A stretch of DNA of 64,000 bases from Bacilli bacterium (GCA_022795155.1 JAAWGF010000002.1:17096-81095), one strand, 5' to 3'; numbered from the stretch's first letter, positions 39,094 through 49,586 are shown. Numbers and translations are program-made. Notes: generated from the letters alone by a model not told the origin.

Positions 39094-39473
39094 ATGTATT
39101 TAAAAAAAACAATGTCCTATTATAATGATTTAATAAAAAAATTAGATGATCAAGGATATTCTTTATGTGCTTGTGATTATGAAAGAGATTTAGATGATAA
39201 TATGGCAATATATAAAATGATAGGATATCCTAGGAAATATGATATAAGAGATGATTTTGCTTTTCAATATAATCAGGATATATTTAATATTGTCAGTAAT
39301 AGTATTAAAGAATTGTATGGAAATCCTATTAAAGAAGTAGTATTTTTGTAAGCCATCATGAGGAATTAAAGTATGAAAAGTGGATTTTAGAAAAAAGCGA
39401 AATTTATAATTATTTTTTTAATGATAAAGAAACAGGAAATAATTATACTTATCTTAAATTTTATGACAAATAA
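39094..39473 (+). pseudogene. small hypothetical gene apparently split by a 1-nt shift in a T-run
   Basis: The ORF 39094-39351 ends just after T5 (39343-39347). A second frame opens at 39333 and runs to TAA 39471-39473 (SHHEELKYEKWILEKSEIYNYFFNDKETGNNYTYLKFYDK). One extra T would fuse them into ~126 aa. This may be a sequencing artefact. Confidence 0.3.
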
Positions 39474-39481
39474 AAAATACC

Positions 39482-41125
39482 TTAGGTATTTTTTTTATGC
39501 AATTTTGCTTTTAATCTTTGCACAATGTTACTATTTCCAAATAAATCTTTAATAATTCCTAGTTTAATTATTAGAACTAAATAAATGAAAATTCCAATAA
39601 TAGTGTATACTATTGTTTGAATTAAAGCACTACTTCTTGTTAAACAATCAAGTGGATATATTTTTGATAATAGAAATAAAGAAAGTAGCATAATTAAAGA
39701 TGACAAAATTACTTTTATAATAGATATGATTGTTTTTTTATAATTTACTTTTAATTTTTTGTTAATAAAAAATAGTAAGAAAATAATTGGTATTATTTGT
39801 GTTATAAGTGTTGAAACTGATGCTCCTTGATAACCAATTCCAAAATTATTAAATAAATGCATCATAGGAATATTTAAAATGGCGTTTCCAATAAAACTAA
39901 ATAGTAATGTTAATATGGTGACTTTAGTGTAGTTTGTTGTTTGAGTTATATTTAATAAAACAGATAATAAAGAGAACGTTATTGCTTGAAAAATAAATAA
40001 TTTAAATACCTCGATGCTGATTGGGTCATAGCTATAGAAAATAATCCATACTGGTTTAGCTAGAAAAAAGAGTCCAATTGTCATAGGTATTGTAATAAAT
40101 AATAATAATTGAATTGCTTGATTAACCTTTTTATTTATTTCTTTATAATCTTTTAGAACATAATCACTAGCTAATGATGGAATTAAACTAGTTGTAATAC
40201 CTATAGAAATAGAAATAATAATCATACTCAATTTATTTCCCCAAGTAGCAATGGTAGCAAACGTTAAGTCTGCTACTGTTTGACTATATCCTAAACTTGT
40301 AAGTGTTCTAGTAATAGTGAATGTATCAACTAAATTATAGGCTGATTTTAATAAATCAATAATAATGAATGGTAGTGCATAAAGGATAATTTGTTTTATT
40401 AAATATTTTGATGTTAATTTTTTTTCTTCAATTTTTATATCTGCTTTATTTTTAAATAGTTTTTCATTTTTTTTCATTTTTAGAATGAGATATAAATAAG
40501 CTAAAATGGCACCAATTGTAGCAGCAAAAACAGAAATGGCAATGGCAACTTTTTCATCGGTTCCCATAATTTTTAAACTAATAAAGCAACCGATTAAGAT
40601 AACTGCAACTCTTATAATTTGTTCAATAATGTTAGAAATACTTGTTGGAGTCATATATTTATGTCCCTGAATATAACCTTTTGTGACACTTAATATTGGA
40701 ACAATTAAAAGAGCTGTTGAAATAATTCTAATAACTAATGTAACGTCGGCCACAGTATTTCCACCACTAGAATTATTTCCTAAAATGAAACTAGCAAGAT
40801 TAGGAGCTAATAAAATTAATATAATAAAGAAAAATATTCCTAGTCCCACAATAATATTTTTTCCTAATTTGTATATTTTTTCTTTAGTATGGTAATATTC
40901 TAAACTGTTATATTCACTCACAAGTTTACTCATTGCAATAGGAATACCACTAGTAGATAGACTTAAAAACACTGTGTATATAGAATATGCAAAACTATAT
41001 AATGCTGCTCCTTTAGAAGTTATCATTGCGTAAAAAGGGATTACATATAAAAGTCCGATTATTTTGCAAACAATAATTCCAAAAGTGGCAATAAATGATC
41101 CTTCAAAAAAGTTATTTTTTTTCAA
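39482..41125 (-). CDS. MOP-superfamily flippase (SpoVB/MurJ/YabM-like)
   Basis: ~547 aa, about 14 predicted TM helices, and a polysaccharide-biosynthesis/MurJ-like N-terminus. The likely TTG start at 41125 is 8 nt after AGGAAG. Its neighbourhood (after mfd) matches yabM/spoVB-type genes. Confidence 0.7.
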   Translation of the reverse strand: MKKNNFFEGSFIATFGIIVCKIIGLLYVIPFYAMITSKGAALYSFAYSIYTVFLSLSTSGIPIAMSKLVSEYNSLEYYHTKEKIYKLGKNIIVGLGIFFFIILILLAPNLASFILGNNSSGGNTVADVTLVIRIISTALLIVPILSVTKGYIQGHKYMTPTSISNIIEQIIRVAVILIGCFISLKIMGTDEKVAIAISVFAATIGAILAYLYLILKMKKNEKLFKNKADIKIEEKKLTSKYLIKQIILYALPFIIIDLLKSAYNLVDTFTITRTLTSLGYSQTVADLTFATIATWGNKLSMIIISISIGITTSLIPSLASDYVLKDYKEINKKVNQAIQLLLFITIPMTIGLFFLAKPVWIIFYSYDPISIEVFKLFIFQAITFSLLSVLLNITQTTNYTKVTILTLLFSFIGNAILNIPMMHLFNNFGIGYQGASVSTLITQIIPIIFLLFFINKKLKVNYKKTIISIIKVILSSLIMLLSLFLLSKIYPLDCLTRSSALIQTIVYTIIGIFIYLVLIIKLGIIKDLFGNSNIVQRLKAKLHKKNT

Positions 41126-41163
41126 TTTTATCACTTCCTAGTATATAATGATTATATCATATA

Positions 41164-41187
41164 AAAAATACACATAGGTGTATTTTT
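41164..41187. terminator. bidirectional-looking hairpin after the dapA operon
   Basis: AAAAATACAC / GTGTATTTTT 10-bp stem with a 4-nt loop. U-runs are available on either strand. Confidence 0.5.
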
Positions 41188-41283
41188 AGTTATTTTTAAA
41201 ATTATTTTATGTTATGATAACCATTTTTCATTTTGTTTTTTATTAAATACATTTATCAACTATTAAATAAAAGATAATATAAT

Positions 41284-41682
41284 TTATTTCTTACATAATT
41301 TGATTCTTTTAAAATAATCACTAAGTAAATCATCAAATTCCCCATTATTAAGTCTATCAAGAAATTCTTCATCTTGTTTTATTGCTTTTTTTATATATTC
41401 TTTCATAAATTCTTTATCAAAAGCATTAATAGATGTTAATTTTTCTAAGTATTCAAACAAACTTATAGATATTTTGTATACAGGAATTTTCCCTCTTATG
41501 TTTTTTGGAATAAATGAGGTTTGATAGGTTCTATTTATAACATAATCTTCAAACATAGAAACAACTTCATCATTAAAAAATTGATTTTGGTTTCTTATTT
41601 CTTGTATTTCTTCTACAAAAGCCCTTATTTGATAAAATTTCAAATATATAAAATTTTTTTCATTCTCATTACCTTTAACCAA
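41284..41682 (-). CDS. hypothetical protein (132 aa)
   Basis: ORF 36 nt downstream of dapA on the same strand. TTG start with no clear SD. No motif recognised. Confidence 0.35.
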   Translation of the reverse strand: MVKGNENEKNFIYLKFYQIRAFVEEIQEIRNQNQFFNDEVVSMFEDYVINRTYQTSFIPKNIRGKIPVYKISISLFEYLEKLTSINAFDKEFMKEYIKKAIKQDEEFLDRLNNGEFDDLLSDYFKRIKLCKK

Positions 41683-41718
41683 TATTAATAAATATTAATT
41701 TATTTGTTTGATTCCTTT

Positions 41719-42597
41719 TTATATATTTTTGAAATTATTTATGGCATTAGTTAAAATTTTTGTTTTATCTTTGTCTAATTCGATTAGTGGTTCTCTTATA
41801 TATCCATTGGCCATACCTAATATTTCCATAGCTTTCTTAACTGGGATTGGATTTATATCACAAAATAAAGCATTACATAATTCTATCATTTTTAGTTGCA
41901 TTTTTGTTGCTTTTTCAGCATTTCCATTTAGATAGTCCATAACCATGTTATGCATTTCTTTTGGGAAAATGTTTGCCACAACAGAGATAACACCGATTCC
42001 ACCTAATGATAAAATAGGGACTGTTTGGTCATCATTTCCTGAATATGCATCTAGTGCATTACTAGCTAAAATTTTTGCTATAGCACTTATATTTCCCGAT
42101 GCCTCTTTAATAGCGACAATATTACTATTGTTTTTCGCAATATCAATCATTGTTTCAAGAGTAATATTCATACCAGTTCTCGGCGGAACGTTATACATGA
42201 TAATTGGAATATCAACACTCTCGGCAATCTTTCCATAGTATCTTTTTAAACCATCTTGATTGGTTTTATTATAATATGGTGTTATACATAAAAGCCCATC
42301 AGCTCCGACTTTTTCAGCCTCTTTAGATAACATAACAGCTGTTTTAGTGTCATTAGAACCTGTACCAGCAATGACAGGAATTCTCCCATTAGCATATTTA
42401 ACACAAGCTTCAATACATTTTATATGTTCTTCATCACTTAATGTTGAAGATTCCCCTGTTGTTCCACAGATAATAATACTATCAGTTCCATTTTCAATTT
42501 GAAATTCAACTAAATTTTTAAGAGTTTCAAAATCAATTTCCCCGTTTTCTTTAAATGGTGTAATTAGGGCAACACCTGACCCTTTAAATATAGACAT
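41719..42597 (-). CDS. dapA: 4-hydroxy-tetrahydrodipicolinate synthase
   Basis: GVALITPF, GTTGES, PYYNK, and the Schiff-base lysine context VAIKEASG. Confidence 0.95.
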   Translation of the reverse strand: MSIFKGSGVALITPFKENGEIDFETLKNLVEFQIENGTDSIIICGTTGESSTLSDEEHIKCIEACVKYANGRIPVIAGTGSNDTKTAVMLSKEAEKVGADGLLCITPYYNKTNQDGLKRYYGKIAESVDIPIIMYNVPPRTGMNITLETMIDIAKNNSNIVAIKEASGNISAIAKILASNALDAYSGNDDQTVPILSLGGIGVISVVANIFPKEMHNMVMDYLNGNAEKATKMQLKMIELCNALFCDINPIPVKKAMEILGMANGYIREPLIELDKDKTKILTNAINNFKNI

Positions 42598-42641
42598 AAA
42601 AAAATCCTCCTTTTTCTATACTATATTTTAAAAAGAGGATT
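42598..42641 (-). terminator. L-box expression platform: terminator hairpin that contains the dapA SD
   Basis: AAUCCUCUUUUU (42641-42630) pairs with AAAAAGGAGGAUU (42615-42603). U5 and the ATG (42597) follow. Confidence 0.6.
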
Positions 42642-42670
42642 ATAAAAAAGTTATCTTAAAAAATATTAAG

Positions 42671-42828
42671 TAGCTCTCCATCTTTCGATGACAGTTATAT
42701 AGTTATTCACTATATACCCAGTAATTTAATAGCTTGAACTATTAAATCCTTCGGCAATTTTCCCTTTCTTATACAGTCATCTAATTCAAGTTATCATGTA
42801 TAATACTCTTAAAAATTGCAACCTCTAC
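42671..42828 (-). promoter_or_regulatory. lysine riboswitch (L-box) aptamer
   Basis: The minus strand reads GTAGAGGTTGCAA...GAAAGGGAAAATTGCCGAAGGA...ACTGGGTA...AACTGTCATCGAAAGATGGAGAGCTA. This matches the conserved L-box segments (AGAGG..GC, TGCCGAAG, CTGG, TGTCA, GGAGAGCT). It lies in the dapA leader. Confidence 0.85.
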
Positions 42829-43021
42829 ATAAAATATAAGTATGAATTTATATTATCAAATAAAATTAATGTTGTCAATATCAATTTTTTTAATGCTCAT
42901 TATATTATATTTAAAATTAACTTTTTTTTTCCAATTTTTGTTTTTATAATTGCTATTTAGTAAAAAATTATGATTCATGTATAAAAAAATAATTTTTGTT
43001 CAATATTAAATAGGTGATAAT

Positions 43022-43546
43022 ATGAAAAAGACAATAATGTTGATAGGTTTAATTATAGGAATATATATTTTTATTGGGTATAAATTTAGCGATATAGAAA
43101 TACCTAATGAGGCTTTGAGAATACGAATTTTAGCTAATAGCAATTCAGATTATGATCAACAGATTAAAAATAGTGTTAAAACTGAAATCCAAGATTATGT
43201 TTACGATTTACTAAAAGATACAACTGATATTGAGGAAGCGAGAAAAATTATAAATTCAAAATTAGATAATATTTCTAGTTTAACTAATATGTTTTTAAAA
43301 AAACAAAATTATAATTTACCTTATTCTGTTAATTTTGGATATAATTATTTTCCTAAGAAAGTATATAAAGGGATAACTTATGATGCTGGCTATTATGAAT
43401 CTCTTTTAATTACACTAGGTAGTGGCAATGGTGATAATTGGTGGTGTGTTTTATTTCCTCCCTTATGTTTATTAGAAGCTGAAGAATCTGTAGATGTTGA
43501 GTATACAACGTTAGTTAGTGAATTACTTAAAAGATATAAAAAATAG
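43022..43546 (+). CDS. spoIIR: stage II sporulation protein R
   Basis: N-terminal signal/TM segment, LRIRILANSNSDYDQQIKN, and the C-terminal GDNWWCVLFPPLCL. Both are SpoIIR hallmarks. Confidence 0.8.
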   Translation: MKKTIMLIGLIIGIYIFIGYKFSDIEIPNEALRIRILANSNSDYDQQIKNSVKTEIQDYVYDLLKDTTDIEEARKIINSKLDNISSLTNMFLKKQNYNLPYSVNFGYNYFPKKVYKGITYDAGYYESLLITLGSGNGDNWWCVLFPPLCLLEAEESVDVEYTTLVSELLKRYKK

Positions 43547-43592
43547 TAATAAATATTGACCTCCTAAATAAAATTTTATAGGAGGTTTTCTT

Positions 43593-44120
43593 ATGTCTTT
43601 TTTAATTGTTTTAGTAATAGCTGTTAGTCTTAGTATGGATGCCTTTTCTCTTTCTTTAGCATACGGAACGCTAGATTTATCAAAGGATAATATAAAAAAA
43701 TTATCTATAATTGTTGGTATTTATCATTTTATTATGCCATTATTAGGTTTATTTATTGGAAATGCGATTATTAAATTTTTCCCAGTTTCACCAAACTTGA
43801 TTGTAACGATTGTTTTATGTTTTATAGGTTTTCAGATGGTTATTGAAACATTTAAAAATAGTGAAGATATGAAGATAATGTCATTGCCTGAACTTTTACT
43901 TTTTGGTTTAGCTGTTAGTATTGATAGTTTTTCGGTTGGAATTGGGCTAAATGCGATAAACAATAATTTTTTATTATGTTCATTATTATTTTCTTTAAGT
44001 AGTTTTTGTTTTACATATGTTGGATTAATTCTTGGAAAAAAAGTAAATCAATTGATTGGTAAGGCTTCTACATTAATAGGTGGGATTGTTTTAATTATTA
44101 TTGGTATAATTTATATATAA
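43593..44120 (+). CDS. MntP/YtaF-family membrane protein (two DUF204 repeats)
   Basis: Repeated SMDAFS / SIDSFS motifs and six TM segments. I cannot separate a manganese efflux pump from sporulation protein YtaF by eye. Confidence 0.6.
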   Translation: MSFLIVLVIAVSLSMDAFSLSLAYGTLDLSKDNIKKLSIIVGIYHFIMPLLGLFIGNAIIKFFPVSPNLIVTIVLCFIGFQMVIETFKNSEDMKIMSLPELLLFGLAVSIDSFSVGIGLNAINNNFLLCSLLFSLSSFCFTYVGLILGKKVNQLIGKASTLIGGIVLIIIGIIYI

Positions 44121-44264
44121 AGTTTACTTTTGTTTTAAAATAATCTATAATAATATCATACAAATTATATTAATATAATTTAGCTATATTGTTTTTTAAT
44201 TGTAGCATAATTTAAAAGAAAACATTTAATATATAGAAAGACTAGTTTTAGTGTGGGGGTATGC

Positions 44265-45521
44265 ATGAAGCAGATTATTATAGATGGTAATCATATGTTG
44301 ACAGGAAGAATAGAAATAGGGGGAGCGAAAAATAGTGCGGTTGCTTTAATACCAGCAGCGTTATTATCTGATGACGTAGTGACTATAGACAATATTCCTA
44401 ATATCTCGGATATTGACGCTTTAAATGAGATATTAGAATATTTAGGAGCTAAAGTTGTGCATAATGATAAGGTTATGGTGATAGATTCTCAAAATATTAA
44501 TAATAGGGAAATTCCTGAAAATATTTCGAGTAAATTAAGAGCTTCATATTATTTTATGTCCGCTTTGTTAGGTAAATATAGACATGTCGAAATGTATTTT
44601 CCTGGCGGGTGTTCAATAGGGGCTCGTCCTATCGATCAAACTTTAAAAGCTTTTGAACAATTAGGCGCAAAAGTAATAGAGGAAGATAAAAAATATATAA
44701 TTGATGCAGAAGAACTAAGAGGTTGCACAATTTATTTAGATATGCCAAGTGTGGGGGCAACTATAAATACGATGTTGGCCTCTGTTAGGGCAATTGGTGA
44801 GACAACAATTAGGAATGCTGCAAAAGAACCAGAAATTGTTAATGTTGCAACATTTTTAAATAATATGGGGGCAAAAATTAGCGGGGCAGGAACTAGTGAG
44901 ATTAGAATTATTGGTGTTGAAAAATTAGGTAAAGGTTTTACAGAGGTTATCCCAGATCGAATTGAGGCTGGAACTTATATAATAGCTGGCGCTTTGGTAG
45001 GAAATAATTTGGAAATCGCTAATATCATTCCTGAGCATATTGAGGCATTACTTCTTAAACTACAGGAAATGGATGTTAATTATAAAATTACTGATAATAG
45101 CATAATTATATCTAAAGGCGAAAATTTAAAGCCGATAAGATTAAAAACGTTGGGATATCCAGGATTTCCAACCGATTTACAGCAACCATTAACAGCACTT
45201 TTAGTCAAATGTCATGGTACATCAACTTTGGAAGAAACTATTTATGAAAATCGGTTTAAAAATGTTGATTATTTAAATGAAATGGGTGCTAGTATCGATG
45301 TTATAAATAATCAAAAAATAAAAATAAATGGTCCATCTGAATTGACTGGGGCCGAAGTAGTTGCAACAGATTTGCGAGCAGGCGCTTGTATGGTCTTAGC
45401 CGCTTTGGCTGCAACAGGAAAAACAATTATTAGAGATGTTAATCATATTTTAAGGGGATATGAAAATATAATAGAAAAATTAACTGGTGTTGGGGCCAAA
45501 ATTTATTTAGAAGATAAATAG
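44265..45521 (+). CDS. murA: UDP-N-acetylglucosamine 1-carboxyvinyltransferase
   Basis: GGAKNSAV, the active-site Cys loop PGGCSIGARPID, and FPTDLQ. Start set to ATG 44265. Confidence 0.95.
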   Translation: MKQIIIDGNHMLTGRIEIGGAKNSAVALIPAALLSDDVVTIDNIPNISDIDALNEILEYLGAKVVHNDKVMVIDSQNINNREIPENISSKLRASYYFMSALLGKYRHVEMYFPGGCSIGARPIDQTLKAFEQLGAKVIEEDKKYIIDAEELRGCTIYLDMPSVGATINTMLASVRAIGETTIRNAAKEPEIVNVATFLNNMGAKISGAGTSEIRIIGVEKLGKGFTEVIPDRIEAGTYIIAGALVGNNLEIANIIPEHIEALLLKLQEMDVNYKITDNSIIISKGENLKPIRLKTLGYPGFPTDLQQPLTALLVKCHGTSTLEETIYENRFKNVDYLNEMGASIDVINNQKIKINGPSELTGAEVVATDLRAGACMVLAALAATGKTIIRDVNHILRGYENIIEKLTGVGAKIYLEDK

Positions 45522-45574
45522 GGTTTTAGAATAAATAAGATTAAGACCAATATAATTAAATAGGTGATAATCTT

Positions 45575-46297
45575 ATGAAACTTAAAATAGCCCTATTTTT
45601 TTCAATAGTCATTTTGTCAGTATTTTTGATATATTTGACCTTGTTAGATAAATCTATTTCTTATTTAGCTTTAGGTGATTTTTTAACAGTAGGAGTTACA
45701 GCTGAGACACAAGATAATTATAGTTTTGCAGATTATGTGTATGAATATTTAGAAGAAAAAAATGTTGTTGATGAATATATAAAAGATTTTGCCGATAATA
45801 CTTATCGAACAACTGATTTAATAAGAGATATTAAGGATAATAAGCAAATTGAGATTGATGGTAAAACACGTACTTTAAAGAATGCTTTAATAAAAGCTGA
45901 TTTACTTACTGTAACAGTTGGTACAAATGATGTTATTAGTATTATGTCGAGTGAGAATAGCAATAGTAATTTTTATGATTATTTAGATTCAATATTAGTC
46001 GATATGGAAGAGTTATTTGGTCTTTTAAGACAATATTGTAAAGAGGATATTATTGTCATCGGCTATTATAATCCTTATTTTGGAAATAAAAAGTATGAAA
46101 GTGCATTTTCTTATATGAATACGAAAGTTAATCATTTATCTCAAAAATATGGTATAAATTATGTTGATATATATGATTTATATGCTAGTAATTTAGATTT
46201 TCTCCCTGTTATAAATGATATCCATCCATCGAGTAAAGGGTATAGTTCCATTTTTGATATGGTGAAACCAGTATTAGATGATACAATTCTAAAATAG
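45575..46297 (+). CDS. SGNH-fold protein with an N-terminal TM/signal anchor; block I reads GDF instead of GDS
   Basis: Block I LALGDFLT, block III VGTNDV, block V DIHPS. The nucleophile position is Phe (TTT at 45679-45681). Confidence 0.55.
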   Translation: MKLKIALFFSIVILSVFLIYLTLLDKSISYLALGDFLTVGVTAETQDNYSFADYVYEYLEEKNVVDEYIKDFADNTYRTTDLIRDIKDNKQIEIDGKTRTLKNALIKADLLTVTVGTNDVISIMSSENSNSNFYDYLDSILVDMEELFGLLRQYCKEDIIVIGYYNPYFGNKKYESAFSYMNTKVNHLSQKYGINYVDIYDLYASNLDFLPVINDIHPSSKGYSSIFDMVKPVLDDTILK

Positions 46298-46340
46298 ATA
46301 AAGCAAAATAGTAAAACTGCAATTTTTGTGTTAACTAATA

Positions 46341-49300
46341 TTATTCTTCATCAAAAGTTAATAAATTTTTAATATCCTTTTCAGATAATTTTTCAAGTAG
46401 ATTTTGATCTCTATTTTCGCCTTCAATTAAAGTATCACTTAATATTTTTTTCTTGTTTTGTAATTCAATAATACGTTCTTCAATCGTTCCATTGCATATT
46501 AATTTTATGACCTCAACATTTTTTGTTTGACCAATACGGTGAGCCCTATCGGTTGCCTGATTTTCAACTTGTGGATTCCACCATAAGTCTAAATGGATAA
46601 CTACATCAGCACTTGTTAAATTAAGGCCGGTTCCTCCAGCTTTCAACATGATTAAGAAGACATTAGTATTGTCATTATTAAATTTATCAACTAATTCCAT
46701 TCTTTTTTTACTAGATATACTTCCATCAATAGTGTATGTAGTAATATTTTCATTATTAAATTTTTCTCTAACAATATTAAGAGCAGTTTTAAAACTTGTG
46801 AATAATAAAATTTTGTGCCCATTTTCGACAATTCTTTTTGTTAAATTGACTAATTCGTCTATTTTTATGCTTCCACCATTATAGTTGCTAAATAAAATTT
46901 TAGGATCGATACATATTTGTCTTAATTTTATTAGGAGTTGTAAAATTTTAAATCTAGCTTTTAAGAATCCTTCTGTTGCGATGATTTCGTTCATTTCTTT
47001 TTTTGTTTTATTCAGTTCTGCTAAATATAATTTTTTTTGTTCAGGATACATATCAAAATAGATATTATTTTCTTGTTTTTCTGGTAGATCTTTAGCAACA
47101 TCTATTTTTTTTCGTCTTAAAATAAATGGTGAGATTTGTAAATTTAAGTTATTTAAATTGTTAATTTCTTCATTATTAAATTCTTTTATATTATATTTAG
47201 ATTGGAATTTTAATAGGTTAGTTAGTAAGCCTGGCATTATAAAATCAAAAATACTCCATAATTCAATAATCGAATTTTCAATAGGGGTTCCTGTTAGTGC
47301 TATTTTGCATTTAGCGTTTATTAATTTAGCGGTTTTTGTAATTTGCGCAGTTGGGTTTTTAATATTTTGTGCTTCATCAATAATCATGATTTCAAAGTTT
47401 AATTTTTCATATAGTTCTTTATCTTGTCTTAATAATCCGTATGTAGTTATAACAATATTACTTTGTAGATTATTTAATATTTCTTGACGTTTATTTTTAC
47501 CTTCAGCAATAACACAGTAATTTAATTCACTAGCAAATTTACCAAATTCTTTTTCCCAGTTATAAATAAGGGAAGTTGGAGATATAATTAAAACGCGAAT
47601 ATTTGGTTTTTCATTTAAAATAGATTTAATAAAGCAAATGGTTTGTAGTGATTTCCCAAGTCCCATCTCATCAGCCAAAATTCCGCCTAAATCGCATTTA
47701 TAAATATTGTATAACCATTTCACTCCAGTTAATTGATAATCTCTTAAAGTTTTTTTATCATTTTCATTTATATATGGATTTGCATTTTTATATTGTGTAA
47801 AATTACTAATAAAATTATCAAAAAGATTGTTTGTTTGTATAATACTATATTTATTTTCTTTTAAACTATCTAAATATATAGCTCGATATTTTGGAATTGA
47901 TCCACCTAATTTTAAATTACTATAGTTAAGATCTAAATCTTCCATCAAATTTTGTAATTCCTTTAGCTCTTGATTATTTTCTATGTTTAAAATATTTCCA
48001 TTTTTTAATTTATAGTATTTTTTCTTTTCATTCAATTCTTTAAAAATATTTGATATTTCGTCTATATTAATATTTTCTATAGAAAATTTATAACTTAAAA
48101 TATTATCTTGCCCGATAGAAAATTGAGATTCTATTCTATTGTTTTTAATAATACTCGTTTCGCTTAATTTTTTAGTAGTATAGACATTATAATTTTTTGA
48201 TAATTCTATTAGACCATTCTCTAAAAAATTCCCTATATCTTGAGTAGAATCGATAAAAATTAATTGATTGTCTATTTTAAATTTTAAATGTTTTAATTCA
48301 TTAATAATATTTTGTTCATAATCACGATTTCTAATTATTTTAGTATTATCAAAGTAATTTATTTCATTATTATTGTAGTTTAATTTTATTTCACAAATAA
48401 TATTTTCATTTTTAATATCAAAATATAGATTAGTAATTGGATCTATAATTGATAATTCATTTTCAATATTTTTATCTATTTGCATAGATTCTTTAATTAT
48501 TGGATAAATGCTTTCTGTAAAAAGTGCGAGTGAATCCTTACTAAATTGAATCTCTACTATGTCATGTTTAGCAAATTGTTCAATAATTTTAGTATAATTA
48601 TTATTTAAAAGGTATACCTCTTTATCTTTTAATAGTATGTTTGGGCTAAGAAAATTAAAGTCACTATTTTCAAAATCAAATTTAAATATATAATCATTGA
48701 TTTCTTTCGTTAAATTTGTTTTAAAAGGGAATTCATCTTTGTATCCATGAAATAAACCATAACCCATTATATAATAATCTTTATTTTTTAATAGTTTTAA
48801 AAATTTTATGTGCATATTTATTGGAATATAAATTTCAGTATTATAGTAATTTGTAGCAACTGTTTTATAAAATTCACTACTTAAAAAATCGATAATTTTA
48901 CAATCCTCATCAGAAAAAAATTGCTCTTTTGGGATATAAGTAAAATTTTTCCCGAATTCTAAATTTCTGATATCCTCGCCATTATATGTTTCAAAAAAAT
49001 ATTTTGCTCTAGAGGAAGCGGAATATAATTTATCAATTCCAATTTTAAATTTAACATATAATCCAGCTCCATAGTAACTTTTTCGAAAATTAAGTTCCAA
49101 TTCTAATTGTAATTGTTGTTTATTATTTTTATTAGAGTTGATAATATCTTTAAAAATTATATCGGCAATATTTACTTTTTTTTCTTTTTTTTCTTCCAAA
49201 AAAATTTTCTGTTTTTCTTTAATTAGGCAAGCGGCGATATGTTTACATTTTTTTTCTAATTCAAATTGGGGACAAGAACAATATGTTAAAATTATATCAT

Positions 49301-49487
49301 TATTTTTGGTGGTTATATCAATATTGTATTTTTTACTAGTTCTTTCAGATATGGCGGAAAATTTGTATATTTTGCTTTTATCGGTCATATGAATTACTTT
49401 TATTAAGTCTATTTTATTATAATCATAATTTTCACCTTTTAAATAATTTTGTTTATTAACACAATTAATTATTTTTTCTTCTATCAT
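46341..49487 (-). CDS. SWIM zinc-finger SNF2-family helicase (YwqA-like)
   Basis: SWIM CSCPQF...CKHIAACL. SNF2 motifs ADEMGLGKSLQ, DEAQNIKN, LTGTPIEN. Helicase-C QATDRAHRIGQ. Start set to ATG 49487 (GGGGGG upstream). Confidence 0.85.
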   Translation of the reverse strand: MIEEKIINCVNKQNYLKGENYDYNKIDLIKVIHMTDKSKIYKFSAISERTSKKYNIDITTKNNDIILTYCSCPQFELEKKCKHIAACLIKEKQKIFLEEKKEKKVNIADIIFKDIINSNKNNKQQLQLELELNFRKSYYGAGLYVKFKIGIDKLYSASSRAKYFFETYNGEDIRNLEFGKNFTYIPKEQFFSDEDCKIIDFLSSEFYKTVATNYYNTEIYIPINMHIKFLKLLKNKDYYIMGYGLFHGYKDEFPFKTNLTKEINDYIFKFDFENSDFNFLSPNILLKDKEVYLLNNNYTKIIEQFAKHDIVEIQFSKDSLALFTESIYPIIKESMQIDKNIENELSIIDPITNLYFDIKNENIICEIKLNYNNNEINYFDNTKIIRNRDYEQNIINELKHLKFKIDNQLIFIDSTQDIGNFLENGLIELSKNYNVYTTKKLSETSIIKNNRIESQFSIGQDNILSYKFSIENINIDEISNIFKELNEKKKYYKLKNGNILNIENNQELKELQNLMEDLDLNYSNLKLGGSIPKYRAIYLDSLKENKYSIIQTNNLFDNFISNFTQYKNANPYINENDKKTLRDYQLTGVKWLYNIYKCDLGGILADEMGLGKSLQTICFIKSILNEKPNIRVLIISPTSLIYNWEKEFGKFASELNYCVIAEGKNKRQEILNNLQSNIVITTYGLLRQDKELYEKLNFEIMIIDEAQNIKNPTAQITKTAKLINAKCKIALTGTPIENSIIELWSIFDFIMPGLLTNLLKFQSKYNIKEFNNEEINNLNNLNLQISPFILRRKKIDVAKDLPEKQENNIYFDMYPEQKKLYLAELNKTKKEMNEIIATEGFLKARFKILQLLIKLRQICIDPKILFSNYNGGSIKIDELVNLTKRIVENGHKILLFTSFKTALNIVREKFNNENITTYTIDGSISSKKRMELVDKFNNDNTNVFLIMLKAGGTGLNLTSADVVIHLDLWWNPQVENQATDRAHRIGQTKNVEVIKLICNGTIEERIIELQNKKKILSDTLIEGENRDQNLLEKLSEKDIKNLLTFDEE

Positions 49488-49557
49488 ATTAATACCCCCC
49501 AAATTCTTTTTATTATATCATATTTTTTAATATAAAACATATAATAGTAAAAAGTTA

Positions 49558-49586
49558 TTGCTTTTTTTCTATTTAATTGCTATAAT
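49558..49586 (+). promoter_or_regulatory. sigma-A-like promoter of rpmE
   Basis: TTGCTT (49558-49563), 17-bp spacer, TATAAT (49581-49586). Confidence 0.5.

Noticed and set aside
42960-43021. Possible forespore sigma-F/sigma-G promoter upstream of spoIIR (GTATA ... CAATATTA)
   Set aside because: The match to the consensus is weak and such AT-rich strings occur by chance everywhere in this genome. It is not supportable without transcript mapping.
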